Shown here: positions 24,200 through 37,306 of the stretch, in pieces
Position numbering within the stretch: the first letter of the stretch is position 1
Layout of the letters: the number at the start of each line of letters is the position of its first letter
Assembly: GCA_951406725.2 (NCBI GenBank)
Contig: OX597827.1
Location: 77,996,001-78,060,000, forward strand
Source of the DNA: Octopus vulgaris
Taxonomy: Eukaryota
Length of the DNA stretch: 64,000 nucleotides
Direction of reading: 5' to 3'
Position numbers and translations under genes: made by a program
Notes under the pieces: model-generated
Databases searched by the model: none
What the model was told of the DNA's origin: nothing
What the model saw: the letters and a program-made list of their open reading frames with translations, nothing else

Positions 24200-26010
24200 T
24201 TTTATATTCTGCTCAACTCCTCCGACTGCTATTCCTCCCTCCCTCCTTCCCCTAAGCAATTCGTTATTTTATTGTTTTCCCCCATCAACCTCCGCTTCCT
24301 TACCCCTTCCCCCCCCCCAACTTTTACTAGATATTATCGATTTCTCCCCGTTTTCTCATTATTTTTCTACAACACTGACTTCGCTTCCTTCCAACTTTCA
24401 TCACATTCTCCATCTTCCGCTCACACTCACACTCACACTCACGTAACCGAGTAAAAGAAAGACGATAAAGACACACAGAAAACACAACTCTTCCCTCTCC
24501 CCCTTCTCTATTCCTTTTTCCCCTCCTCCCCCACAAACATACGCCATGATTGCTCTCTTTCTATCGACTTTTTCTCTAATTTTCCTTTGCCCTGCCATTT
24601 CGTTTCTCCTCCTCCTCTATCGTCCTCATACACTTCTCTACACATTCTCTCTAATCTTTTCCCTTCATGTTTTCTCTAATTTTTTCATTCTTTCTCTTTC
24701 GTCTTATTCTTTCCTTTCCTCTCAAATTATCTCTTTTCTCTTCATCTTCTTCCCTGACAACCAAGTCTCACTCTCTTTCCTTTTCTCTCCGTGGTTTTAT
24801 CTCAATCCTTATTCTATCTACCTCTCTCCCTTTCTCCTCTTCTTCTCTATTTCTCTTCGTCTTATTTTCCCTCTCGCTTTCTCTTTACTCTCTCTCCCTC
24901 TTACATCCTCTCTTCCTCTCTCTCCTACATAACATTCCTTCCTTCTATTCCTCTCTCCCTCTTTCCCTTCATCTTACTCTCTCTCCCTTTCTTTAATTAT
25001 TCCCCCTCCCTCCCCATATCCTACATTTCATTCCTTATCTCTTCCGATTATCTTTCCTGCCGCCATACCCGGCAACACGACCATTTTATCTTTCGCTCTT
25101 TATTATTATCTCCTCCTCCTCCTCCTCCTCCTCCTCTCTTTCCCCCTTCCTTTCTATGTCATTTTGCCCCTCACCACCACAGTAACTTTCCTCATACTTT
25201 CTCCTTTTCTTATCTATCCACCACCCTCTCTCTCTAATACTAATTATATCTCCCACCAATACCATCAACCAACAACATGGCCTACTTTCCCCACTCTTCT
25301 CTCTCTCTCTCTCTCTCTCTCTTCTATTCTATTTATTCTTTAAACCCTCTTCCTTTCTCTCTTCAAACGCCACCACAATAATTGAACTTTTTTCTTGTCA
25401 CCCCCTTACTTTTCTTACTTTCTTACTTTTTCCTCTCTTTCCTCCTCATCCTTTCCTCCGTGTTTTTCATCTTGCCTCCTACCACTAAGCAATATAAATA
25501 AACTCGCTCTCTTACTTTTACCTCTACCTCTCACTCCTTTTATCATGCCTCCTACCTCTAAATATCTCTTTCTTACTTCTCTCTTTCTTCCTCTCTTCGT
25601 TGCAGTCTCCCCTCCTCTCTTTTACCTCTTCTCTCTCTTTTACTCTGTTTTTCTCTTCTTTTACTTTTCTCTTTCTTCCTCTCTTCGTTGCAGTCTCCCC
25701 TCCTCTCTCTTACTTCTTCTCTCTCTTTTACACTGTTTCTCTCATTTTTACTTTTCTCTTTCTTCCTCTCTTCGTCGCAGTCTCCCACCAATTCTCTCTC
25801 TTTCACTCTCTTTTTCTCTTCTTTTATCTTTCTCTCTTTCACTCTTCTCCTCTCCTCTGTTGCCCTGATATCTTCCTGTTATGTCCCCCCCACACACACA
25901 TACACACATTAAACCGTCATTCCCCGCCACCTCCTCCCTTTTCCCCTTATCTCTTCTGCTTGCTCGCTTATAATCACTCTCCTCTCCCTTCCCCTCTCTC
26001 TATATCATCA
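24200..26010. repeat. ~1.8-kb pyrimidine-rich low-complexity tract including 3x ~87-bp tandem units (25573-25830)
   Basis: Strong C/T strand bias; unit core ctctttcttcctctcttcgtYgcagtctccc occurs three times. Confidence 0.85.
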
Positions 26011-26432
26011 TAACAGTCAACGATACTGCTTCGCCACCACCTCCACCACCATAACGGGACAACGAAGGAGTTAGGTAGTCATTTTGGTCTGCTAGAAATA
26101 GCAGCCAAACATTCTTCGCGTCACACTCTGCCATTTCAAATAATATAAATATTGAATAAAGTGGTCTTAGTTACACGGTGTCTGAATAAAAGGCGGGATG
26201 ATCACGACTGGAATGCTTGTGATCATATTTTTCGAGGTCAAAATTTACCTGCAGCTAAACCACAACCACCACGACAATCATTAATACCACCCCACCCCAC
26301 TCCCACCACTTACTGCACCATCACCATCGCCGTCGACACTATTATCACTACCACCACTACCCCTCTCTTTACCACACTCACCCCCTCCACCACCACCACC
26401 ACCACTACCAGCATCGTTACATCGTCGCCACC

Positions 26433-26463
<31 letters not shown>

Positions 26464-27369
26464 GCAATCGGAGATCCTACTCCCACCACCACCACCACCT
26501 CCACCAATACGAACCAACAAACATGGCCTGTTTTAAGATAAACATCAAGAACCATTTGTAATGTCAACAATTAATAGCTTCATTCCTCTCGCCCTCTTAC
26601 AAATACAGAAATACGACTTACGACAGAATGGCCGCCATCACCGCCGCCACCACCACCACCACCACCACCACCACTACCGCTACTATTGAGGGTACTAGTG
26701 TGCCACTCTTGGCACAGCATACCACCACGCATGCTAAACTCCTGAATGTGACACACCGAATGTACGCCATTAATACAGAACATTACCCCATTCACGTACA
26801 TCATATCATAACTATGTCACACACACGCCCATAGATCTGTGTAAAATGAACATGCATTAATTAATTAATAATTCGAAATTAACTTCTCAGCCATGCATTT
26901 TATCCTCAGCCTCTTTGTGAAACGTAAACGAAGTAAATATTTAATCCATAATCATTAGTCCGACAAAATATATTTTGTTTCGCCAATGGTTCTTTGGAAA
27001 GATTAACGATTTTGGATTGAAGGTTTATTGAGCGGTAACATTAGACCAAATTATATTGCTGTAGTTACCATGAGAGTTTCTCTCATATTGGCTTTTTAGT
27101 GCAAATTGCATTCTTGTTTATATCGCTGGCACCCGCTACCCCCAGCGCCGAGATCACCCGGTAACGTGACTTCGATCTTGTTTGGTCTTGTCAATGATGG
27201 ACATTCAAAATGTTTATTCTCTCTCAGACTTAGCGGTTAACATGCAGTTTAGTGTCATAAAGCAGTGAAAGTTAATTGCAACAGAAACCGGACGACAGTG
27301 AGACACCAAAATTCCATAAAACACGTTTGGTAACCGGTTGCTGGGTTTCTTGTGTGGAACTCGGTAACT

Positions 27370-28230
27370 TCTAGACTTATGAAGTTGTCAACCATTCACT
27401 CAATTTTGTTGATCCAAATAATGACATTGTCCCTAAACAGATAATAGAAGGGCGATGGATGCCTGCCAAGAAGCAACTAAAGCGACAACATTGGATTGGT
27501 GATGATTTATTTATATCATATCTTGAGGCAAGAGAAATCGAAATTGAATTCGAAATCGAACCAAATTCAACAACTGGCACCCATGCCAACCTTCCTTCAT
27601 TGGACACTAAACTCTGTTTGCGAAGACCTGTTGGGGCAAGAGAAATCGAAATTGAACCAAATTCAATGACTGGCACCCGTGCCAGTGGAACGCTAACAGC
27701 TCCATCCGAGCGGGATTACTGCCAGAGCGGCTGTCTGGCTTCCGTGCCGGTGGCACATAAAAAACACCATTCGAGCGTGATCGTTACCAGCGTCACCTTA
27801 CTGGCACTTGTACCGGTGGCACGTGAACAAAATATTCGAGCGAGGCCGTTGCCAGTGCCGCTGGACTGACTCCTGTGCAGGTGGCATGTAAAAAAAAAAC
27901 ACCATTTCGAGCGTGGCCGTTGCCAGTACCGCCAGAATGGCCCTCGTGCCGGTGGCACGTAAAAGCACCCACTACACTCTTGGAGTGGTTGGCATTAGGA
28001 AGGGCATCCAGCTGTAGAAACTCTGCCAGATCAGATTGGAGTCTGGTGCAGCCATCTGGTTCGCCAGTCCTCAGTCAAATCGTCCAACCCATGCTAGCAT
28101 GGAAAGCGGATGTTAAACGATGATGATGATATCTTCATGAGCATGTGTGATGAAATGAATTTAAAGATCGAGAAGAATTATTACGGATTTCATCTCCTGC
28201 ATCAATGACTTACATTTTCCCCGCAAATAT
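27370..28230 (+). mobile_element. Merlin (IS1595/ISXO2-like) transposase C-terminal remnant interrupted by SINE D
   Basis: YEVVNHSLNFVDPNN..VPKQIIEGRW..AKKQLKRQHW...LFISYL matches the VNHS.NFVDP..G.HTQ.IE..W...K motif. atatctt is duplicated either side of the SINE. Confidence 0.7.
27525..28129 (+). mobile_element. SINE family D with internal tandem subrepeats and (GAT)n tail
   Basis: Matches 3338-3680 inverted; internal duplication of ggcaagagaaatcgaaattgaa..ccaaattcaa..actggcaccc. Confidence 0.8.
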
Positions 28231-28969
28231 GATTGCTTTCATCCCATATAAAATATATTTACGGTTTTCATGTTATATTAAACGTATGTGCGATTACACA
28301 TCTGATACATCGGTATGTCACACACATTGTTTACATAAAATTACGGGATATCACTGTCGACTCTCCCGGTTTCTATCGCAACGAACTTTCATTTTCTAAG
28401 GACAATTTACTTTCACTATTTCGCGACAGTAAAATTCATGCAAACCGTCTTACCTTTGAATTCTTTATTCTGAGTGGTCAGACATTAGCTTTTTCGTATT
28501 CGTAACACCCTGGAATAAATAAACGAAGTGGTTACACCTCATGGCTGTTTTTTCTTCTTTTTTATTCTTTCTAGAAAATGCTGGGGACGATCTAACTAGT
28601 TTCTAGACTGTTTAAATTTTCGTCACTGTAACAATAACAATATTCTGTCCCTAGAGACATGGGTAGTTTCTGTCTATTTATAATATACACAAGCTAGGAT
28701 AGTTAAGCTTCTCTGTATAATTTGCACAACAGGGCATATGTTAACATCGTGGTTAGTTAGTTTCTTTAGCAATGCACAAAAGGGGATTTTTAGATAATTT
28801 GAAATGTAAAGCAAGCTATAATTGCTTTTGTTAATAAATCTGTAGCTGTAGTCCCGCGGTGGAAAATACACAAACCAGTTTCTAGACGTTAGTAAAAGAA
28901 TAGCAATCCACATTGTGTGCACAGGGAGATTAGTAGCTTATAATGTATCGCAGTAGCTTATAATGTAAA

Positions 28970-29422
28970 GCCCCCGGTGGGCAATAAAGAAATAAATATA
29001 ATGTATATATTTCTTTATTGTCCACAGGGGGTTAAACACAGAGGGGACAAACAAGGACAGACAAACGGATTAAGTCGATTACATCGACTCCAGTGCGTCA
29101 CTGGTACTTATTTAATCGATCCGAAAGGATGAAAGGCAAAGTTGATCTCGGCGGAATTTGAACACAGAACCTAACGGCAGACGAAATACCTATTTCTTTA
29201 CTACCCACAAGGGGCTAAACACAGAGAGGACAAACAAGGACAGATAAACGGATTAAGTCGATTATATCGACCCCAGTGCGTAACTGGTACTTAATTTATC
29301 GACCCCAAAAGGATGAAAGGCAAAGTCGGCCTCGGCGGAATTTTAACTCAGAACGTAGCGGCAGACGAAATACTGCTAAGCATTTCGCCCGGCATGCTAA
29401 CGTTTCTGCCAGCTCACCGCCT
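28970..29422 (-). mobile_element. SINE family C head-to-tail multimer
   Basis: Two body units (29027-29190 and 29190-29422) joined at acgaaatacctatttcttt; the same junction occurs at 38461-38480. Confidence 0.85.
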
Positions 29423-29573
29423 TAAATAAAGATAATGTATAGCAGTCGTCGTAAAGTGGGTGGTCCTGTCTCCTGGGAAAGGAGAGGTGATGGAAATTTC
29501 ATACAAGGAGAGAGGAGAAAAGGAAACCGACAGAAATATTTGACCATTTCTTTTAGTCTTTAATTCCTGTAAC

Positions 29574-29955
29574 GTTGTGGTAAGAAGTTTGCTTTCCAAC
29601 CACATGGTTCCAGGTTCAGTCCCACTGCGTGACACCTTCGGCAAATGTCTTCTTCTATAGCCTTGGGCCGACCAAGTCTTGTGAGTGGTTTTGGTAAATG
29701 GAAACTGAAAGAAGCCCGCCATGTATGTATGTATGTATGTATGTATGTATGTATGTATGTATGTATGTATGTATGTATGTATGTATGTGTGCGTGTGTGT
29801 GTATCGTTGTATTTGTGTTTCCCGCCACCACCACCACCACCACTACCACCACCATCACCACCACTGCTACGCTTGACAGCTGTTGTTGGTTTGTTTGCGT
29901 CCCCGTAACTTAACAGTTCGGCAAAAGAAACCGATAGAATAAGTACCAAGCTTAT
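29574..29955 (+). mobile_element. SINE family A, 3'-truncated
   Basis: Aligns to family A; an older copy follows at 30335-30690. Confidence 0.8.
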
Positions 29956-30858
29956 AAACTTTCAAAATATATTTTAATGTTTTAATAAAACTCCCTAAAA
30001 ATCACGGAGCGCCTTGAATAAAACACGTAATTCATATTTTCCTTGGCATAAATATGATTTCAGACACAAGATTAATTCCGGCTTTCTATAATTTTCCCTA
30101 CTATTGAAACCTTTAAACATTAATTTTTTTACAAAATTTCCATGCTAAAAACGCTGATAATTTTTTTTTCCATTTTTCATGCCATTTAATTTAATTTACC
30201 ATTAAATTTTTGTGTGATCTCCAGGGCGTTACACAATAAAATAAATATAAAATAAAAGACTAAATACAACCGATGACAGCCGACAGTTGATAAAGTAAGT
30301 CTCGCGGTGCAAACTGTCTACTTTAATGACGAGCACAGGTAAGGCCGTGGCATTACGAAGTTCGCTCGGAAACCTCATGGTAAAGGGTTTCAGTCCCACT
30401 GGACGGCACTTTATACGAATGTCTGCTAAACTTCCCAGAAAGACAAAATGCCATGTGAGTAAATTTGGTAAACGGAAACTGCGTGGTCACCTGTCGTGTG
30501 TTTACGTTTGTGTTTTGTTCCCACCAAGATTGGTTTGCTTTCGTCCCTGTAACGAAGCGATTTGGCAAAATAGACTGGTGGGATAAGTATCAGTCTTTAA
30601 AAATTAAATGCTGGGTTCGATATGTTTGAATAAGACCGTCGAGGCGGTGCCCCAGCATGACCGCAGTCAAATTACTGAAATAAGCGATAGATAACAGTTA
30701 AAATTTACCAGCATAGTATCCGTCGAAAATGTTGGGGTTTACTTCGTTCCCTTTTTCCCCTTCAGTAATTCTGATTCTTTTTTTTTTCTGCCTTTCAGTT
30801 ATACTTTTTACTGCCACTGATTTTCCTTCATTATTTTCACTGACTTACTTCTTTCACA

Positions 30859-30920
<62 letters not shown>

Positions 30921-30924
<4 letters not shown>

Positions 30925-32520
30925 AACAACCTCGGTTCTCGAACGTCTCACGTGTCGAACAAATGGGTTTTCGAACAGAAAATTCGAGATGAAAATGCCT
31001 CGGTAATAGAACAAAATTTCGGTTCTCGAACAACATTGTCGACCGAATTAACCCGAACGGAATCATTTGTGACTCGACCGCCATATTGTATACATTCGTC
31101 TGTTGTGCTGTGCTTTTGTTTTCCAATTTTATTGTACCGTGCCTTTTTTTTTTTTTCTTCATTAGCCCTTAGTCATGGCTCCAAAGAAGGCTAACAGTGA
31201 TACTGGTAAAGGAAAAAGAAAAGTTGAGAGAAAAACAATTGAAGTGAAGACAGAAATCATCGCAAAACATGAAAATGGTGTTCGTGTGTCAGATGTCGCT
31301 GTGCAATAACGGTCTGCCTAAATCGACAATATTTACTATTCTAAAAAATAAGGATGTGATAAAAGCAGCCGATGTTGCAAAAGGAGTGACTGTTATTAAT
31401 AAACAAAGACCAAAAGATACTCGAAGAAGTTGAAAAGTTATTGCTCATTTGTATAAATGAGAAACAGTCAGCAGGCGACAGTGTCAGGGAAGCATTTATT
31501 TATGGGAAAGCATTAGGAATTTACAATGATCTGGTAAAGAAAAGCCCTGGTACAAGTGCTGAATGTGATACTTTTGAATTCAAAGCTAGAAGAGGCTGGT
31601 TCGAGAAATTTAAGAAGAGAAGTGAAATACAGAGTGTTATTAGGCATGGAGAGGTGGCGAGTTCAAACAAGGAAGCGGCTGAGAAATTTGTGATTGAGTT
31701 TAGTGATTTGATAAAGGAAGGAGGTTATCTCTCTCCCAACAGGTGTTCAACGCGGATGAAACAGGATTATTTTGGAAACGAATGCCAAATAGGACCTATA
31801 TTACTAAGGAAGAAAAAAACGTTGCTAGGGCACAAGCCAGTGAAAGATAGATTCACTTTTTTGTTATGCGGCAACGCAAGTGACGATTTCAAGGTCAAGC
31901 CATTGCTTGTTTATCATTCGATAATCCGAGGGTTTTCAAAAGAAACAATGTTAAGAAGAGTAAATTGCCTGATATGTGGCGAGCTAATACGACAGGCTGG
32001 GCAACCAGATAATTTTTTATTGAGTGGATTACTCTTTTACTTGTTTCAGTCATTTGACTGCGGCCATGCTGGAGCACCACCTTTAGTCGAGCAACTCGAC
32101 CCCGAGACTTATTCTTTGTAAGCCCAGTACTTATTCTATCGGTCTCTTTTGCCGAACTGCTAAGTGACGGGGACATAAACACACCAGCATCGGTTGTCAA
32201 GCAATGCTAGGGGGACAAACACAGACACACAAACACATACACACACATATATATACATATATACGACAGGCTTCTTTCAGTTTCCGTCTACCAAATCCAC
32301 TCACAAGGCATTGGTCGACCTGGGGCTATAGCAGAAGACACTTGCCCAAGATGCCACGCAGTGGGATGAACCCGGAACCATGTGGTTGGTTAGCAAGCTA
32401 CTTACCACACAGCCGCTCCTGAAGTTTTTACCCCGAGTGTTAAAAAATATCAGCAAGAAAAAAAATCTTGCCACCAAAATGCCTTCTCGCATTAAACAAT
32501 GCTCCCAGTCACCCTCCAGT
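30921..32520 (+). mobile_element. Tigger/pogo DNA transposon, decayed (transposase pseudogene from ATG 31175), interrupted by SINE A at 32030-32420
   Basis: MAPKK.. CENP-B-type HTH, FKARRGWFEKFKKR, RHGE.ASS, QQVFNADETGLFWK, KDR.T.LLC.NAS and NNAPSHP recoverable across frameshifts and stops. Confidence 0.92.
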
Positions 32521-32540
32521 TATGGAGGGTGACTGGTTAG

Positions 32541-32765
32541 ACAAAGTCTATGGGTTAGTTACGGACGTTAGTTAGTTCATTCGTCTATATGGATTTGGCC
32601 TATGCTAGCTTTCTTCTACTATTCCGATGACGCCGGCTCGGGAAGCGGAGGGTATGTATAGCATTTGAGAAATCTATCTGAGTGGAGTGTTACTTTAAGA
32701 AAGGAAATGAATTGATTTATAATTCTAATCCAGAAACGCGTCCGTAACTAACCCATAGACTTTGT
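32541..32765. mobile_element. MITE with perfect 27-bp TIRs
   Basis: acaaagtctatgggttagttacggacg (32541-32567) and its reverse complement (32739-32765). Confidence 0.8.
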
Positions 32766-33040
32766 TTTCGTTATTTTTTTCCTTCTGTTTTACATATGTG
32801 AATTACATGGATATGTTGTATGTGGAGTCTTATTCGTTGAAAATAGAAATAAACAGTCTTTGACTGCTATTTCTAATTTTTCGGTATGTGGCTAAGCAAC
32901 CTGTTGCTTGCCCCTTTTATATATATATATATATATATATATAACTTTTTAATAAAAGTTCCTACCGATAATGGTTATATTTACATACCGAAATCTACCC
33001 GAAAATAATTGTTGGTTTTTAAAAATTAATAATTATTTAC

Positions 33041-33096
<56 letters not shown>

Positions 33097-33098
33097 AG

Positions 33099-33157
<59 letters not shown>

Positions 33158-33168
33158 CAGATAGATAA

Positions 33169-33237
<69 letters not shown>

Positions 33238-33366
33238 ATGTTCATACACCTGTCTTCGTCGTTTGCTTGTCTGTAAATTTCAACTATATACTGTACGCTC
33301 ACGTGGTTATGCCAGTTTTAACCTGCTTTAACCTCCTACACTTTGGACTTACTGTTTACTCATATT

Positions 33367-33404
33367 CCTTTCTGTTGAAGAGCATAGGCTCGAAATGTTA
33401 AAGA
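33367..33404 (+). ncRNA. Hammerhead-like motif, CUGUUGA core variant (family P5, decayed)
   Basis: cttt-CTGTTGA-a-gagc(atag)gctc-GAAA-tg-TT-aaaga; downstream sequence matches 22630-22715. Confidence 0.45.
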
Positions 33405-33491
33405 CTTTCTCACTTTCCCGAGCGTTATACTAATACACCTGCTTGTTGTTCATACACCTGTCCTCGTCTTTTGCTTTTCTGTAAATTTCAA

Positions 33492-33544
<53 letters not shown>

Positions 33545-33688
33545 CACACATAAGCTCAAGCACATACGTACTTACCTATGTGTATTATGTATGAATGTGT
33601 GTGTGCATTTATGTATAAAATATTTCAATATAAACGTTCTATTATATACAAAAAAAGAAGGATGTCTTCTCTGCCCTCACCCCAATTC

Positions 33689-33720
<32 letters not shown>

Positions 33721-34578
33721 AGCACACACACACATACACACATACACACACACATATACGTACGTATTATTTTTGTCTTATTCCGAACGTCTCCCCTGTC
33801 GTTTTTATACGATGCATGAAACCTTTCCCTTCTTTCTGTGAATCTGTTTGTCTGTCTCCATGACTCTCTCTCTCTCTCCCCCCTCTCTCTCTCCCTCTCT
33901 CCCTCTCTCTCTCTCTTCCTCTCTCATCTATCTCCTTCCTTCGCTAGTCTACCTTTCTTTCTCTTTCTCCTTCAGCACAATCACTATTTCCCTTCTTCTA
34001 GCGGAACAGAGATAAGAAAACCAACAAGCAAAACAAACCAGTGACATGGCCTTTTATATATGAAGATATAGATAACTCTCTCTCTCTCTCCCCATCTGTC
34101 TCTCTTTCTCCTTCTGTCTCCCCCTCTCTCTCCTCTCTCTCTCATACATGCACCCATACCCATGTACATATATTCATACATACATACGTACACACATACC
34201 TACACACTATAAAGACATACACATACACATATCCAAATGCATACACACAAACATACATATAGGCGCATTCACATAAACAGCTAAATACATACACCTCTTC
34301 ATACATGAAAGCACTCATATGTACAAACACATACATGCGTACACATACATATACACAAACACACAGACACATACATGCATACATACACACACACGCGCGC
34401 AGACTTCAGTTTTACTATTAAATCAATTGTACCACACACAGCTGCGACCTTTTCAAAGATTTCAAATTCTCCAACTTAGTTTCTGCGCATGTTACGGTGT
34501 CAATGACCAGCATATATACCTTGTCATTTCTGATATATGTATATATATATATATACATATATATATACACACACACAT

Positions 34579-34647
<69 letters not shown>

Positions 34648-34672
34648 TATATATATATATATACACACACAC

Positions 34673-34706
<34 letters not shown>

Positions 34707-34718
34707 ATATATATACAT

Positions 34719-34787
<69 letters not shown>

Positions 34788-34800
34788 CATATACACACAC

Positions 34801-34928
<128 letters not shown>

Positions 34929-35074
34929 CATACGCACACAGACATAAAAATATCGGTGTGTGTGTTTGTGTGTATATTTATATATACGCACACATATGTA
35001 TAAAAATATTGACAAACCACATATGACGACAATATAGATATCAATATCGGTGGGAACGGAAGACTATATTTATT

Positions 35075-35302
35075 GAATGATAGAATTATGGAGGCTCACG
35101 TACAGGACATTAAGTTTCTGTATCAAAGATATGATGATCGCTGCACTTCTACAGCTGTCACAAGTCCGGAACCATAAAACACGTGTTTGTAATTGATGGT
35201 GCTAAGAGAACCTGACTTGCAACAGCTGAAGAAGCGCGGCGATCATCGTATCTTTGATACAGAAAATTGAAGTCCTGTATGCGAGTCTCTACAATCATAT
35301 CA
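35075..35302. mobile_element. Palindromic MITE (~90-bp arms), right end interrupted by SINE B
   Basis: tacaggac..tttctgtatcaaagatatgatgatcgc..cttc.acagctgt is mirrored by acagctgaagaag..gcgatcatcgtatctttgatacagaaa..gtcctgta. Confidence 0.75.
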
Positions 35303-35690
35303 GTGGAGGCGCAATGGCCCAGTGGTTAGAGCAGCGGACTCGCGGTCATAGGATCGCGGTTTCGATTCCCAGACCGGGCGTTGTGAGTGTTTATTGAGCG
35401 AAAACACCTAAAAGCTCCACGAGGCTCCGGCAGGGGATGGTGGTGATCCCTGCTGTACTCTTTCACCACAACTTTCTCTCACTCTTACTTCCTGTTTCTG
35501 TTGTACCTGTATTTCAAAGGGCCGGCCTTGTCACTCTCTGTGTCACGCTGAATATCCCCGAGAACTACGTTAAGGGTACACGTGTCTGTGGAGTACTCAG
35601 CCACTTACACGTTAATTTCACGAGCAGGCTGTTCCGTTGATCGGATCAACCGGAACCCTCGTCGTCGTAACTGACGGAGTGCTTCCATCC
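35303..35690 (+). mobile_element. SINE family B, full length
   Basis: 12-bp TSD acaatcatatca at 35291-35302 and 35691-35702. Confidence 0.92.
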
Positions 35691-35783
35691 ACAATCATAT
35701 CATTCTACAGTTCTATATTTGAGAGATGAGGAATAATGTACATTATTTACATTATTTACACTACGCCATATGCCCATAACTAC

Positions 35784-35890
35784 GGGCATATGGCGTAGTG
35801 GTTAAGAGCGGGGGCTACTAACCCCAAGATTCCGGGTTCGATTCCAAAGCAGTGACCTGAATAATAATAATAATAATAATAACAACAACA
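35784..35890 (+). mobile_element. Short tRNA-derived retroposon (tRNA-like head plus (AAT)n tail); not a functional tRNA
   Basis: A box tggcgtagtgg, anticodon-like arm ggggg-ctactaa-cccc, B box ggttcgattcc. The acceptor 3' strand does not pair, and a simple-repeat tail follows. Confidence 0.65.
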
Positions 35891-36359
35891 ACATACACAT
35901 ACATACTTATTTCTTTATTACCCACAAGGGGCTAAACACAGAGGGGACAAACAAGGACAGACATAGGTATTAAGTCGATTACATCGACCCCATGCGTAAC
36001 TGGTACTTAATTTATCGACCCCGAAAGGATGAAAGGCAAAGTCGACCTCGGCGGAATTTGAACTCACAACGTAACGCAGACGAAATACCGCTAAGCATTT
36101 CGCCCGGCGTGCTAACGTTTCTGCCAGCTCGCCGCCTACATACCTACATGCCTACACACACACACATACATATAGAATGATATACATTATTTACATTATT
36201 TACATTTAACAGATGTCTGTCCTCATCTTGTTTGTTGTTAACACAAAATTTCGGCTGGTTTACTCTCTCGCTTTCAAGTGTCTTGGAGAAGTTTCGAACC
36301 TGGGTTCTCATTCCTAAGGTATTATTCGATGCTGTTGTTGTTGTTGTTATTATTAATTG

Positions 36360-36730
36360 GTTGAAGGAGAGGTTTTCTTCTAGCTGTTCGCCCATAATAT
36401 CCTAGCTTATGCAGATATGTAACACAGGTTCTTGGACTAACCTCTAACTGTTTTGCAATGTCAGAAGCCTTCGAACGGGGTTCGTTTTCCACAATTCTCT
36501 TCAAACAGCGAAGCTTCCTTTCTGAGGGCCAAGGTCGGCAGGGACGAGAATCTGTTGATTCATTTCCTTGGCTTTTGAATTGCACTGTAATTCTATTAAC
36601 AGTAGCAAGAGGAATTTGAAGATTTTTCGGCAATTTTTCGCTGGTTAAGACCAGCCTCAATTTCTGCTGAATTTTTTGTGCGTGGCATGGTTACTCTTCG
36701 CAAATGTTAAATATGAGGGCACCTGGAATG
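36360..36730 (-). mobile_element. Tc1-family transposase N-terminal fragment
   Basis: ..NLQIPLATVNRI..QFK...SRPCRP..SER.LR.L.R.V...PR...DIAKQL.VS..T...LHKLGYYGR.ARRKPLL (paired HTH and GRPR-like/RKPLL motifs). Confidence 0.8.
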
Positions 36731-36807
36731 GAAAAGAAAACATATTAAGACGCTTAGAATCAGAAATTTTGAAGATTAAAGGTGTCTATTTACTTCCTGC
36801 ATGTCTG

Positions 36808-36877
<70 letters not shown>

Positions 36878-37206
36878 AATGAATGTTTTTATATATAATG
36901 AACGTGAAATACAGGAAGGGACGAACACGGAACACAGACAAATCATTCGAAGCCTTCAATCTTCAGTCAGACACCGAATCATCATAGCAAATTTCGGCTG
37001 TTCAATTCTGATATTTGCTCCAACTCGGCCAGCCCCAAGAAAAAAAACTAAGCTGTAAGCATTAGATTTCTTGGTAGAAGACAGGAATGTGAACGCACAA
37101 GACGGATGTAAATACAAGAGACGAAAACGAAATTGAAAACAGTAATGAATAAACAAAATATATATAACGGTGGTTGTCATACGACTTTAGACCAAATGAG
37201 ACAAAA

Positions 37207-37306
<100 letters not shown>

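Noticed and set aside
26152-26834. Mucin-like Thr/Pro-rich ORFs (also 6375-6749)
   Set aside because: Explained by (ACC)n and (ACT)n microsatellites; no convincing splice sites or domain.
31175-32520. Domesticated TIGD1-like gene
   Set aside because: Multiple frameshifts and stops plus a SINE insertion in the DDE domain.
35784-35855. tRNA-Ser(ACT) gene
   Set aside because: No paired acceptor stem, no long variable arm, a simple-repeat tail and an anticodon not normally used; it is a tRNA-derived repeat. SINE A and B heads were rejected as tRNA genes for similar reasons.
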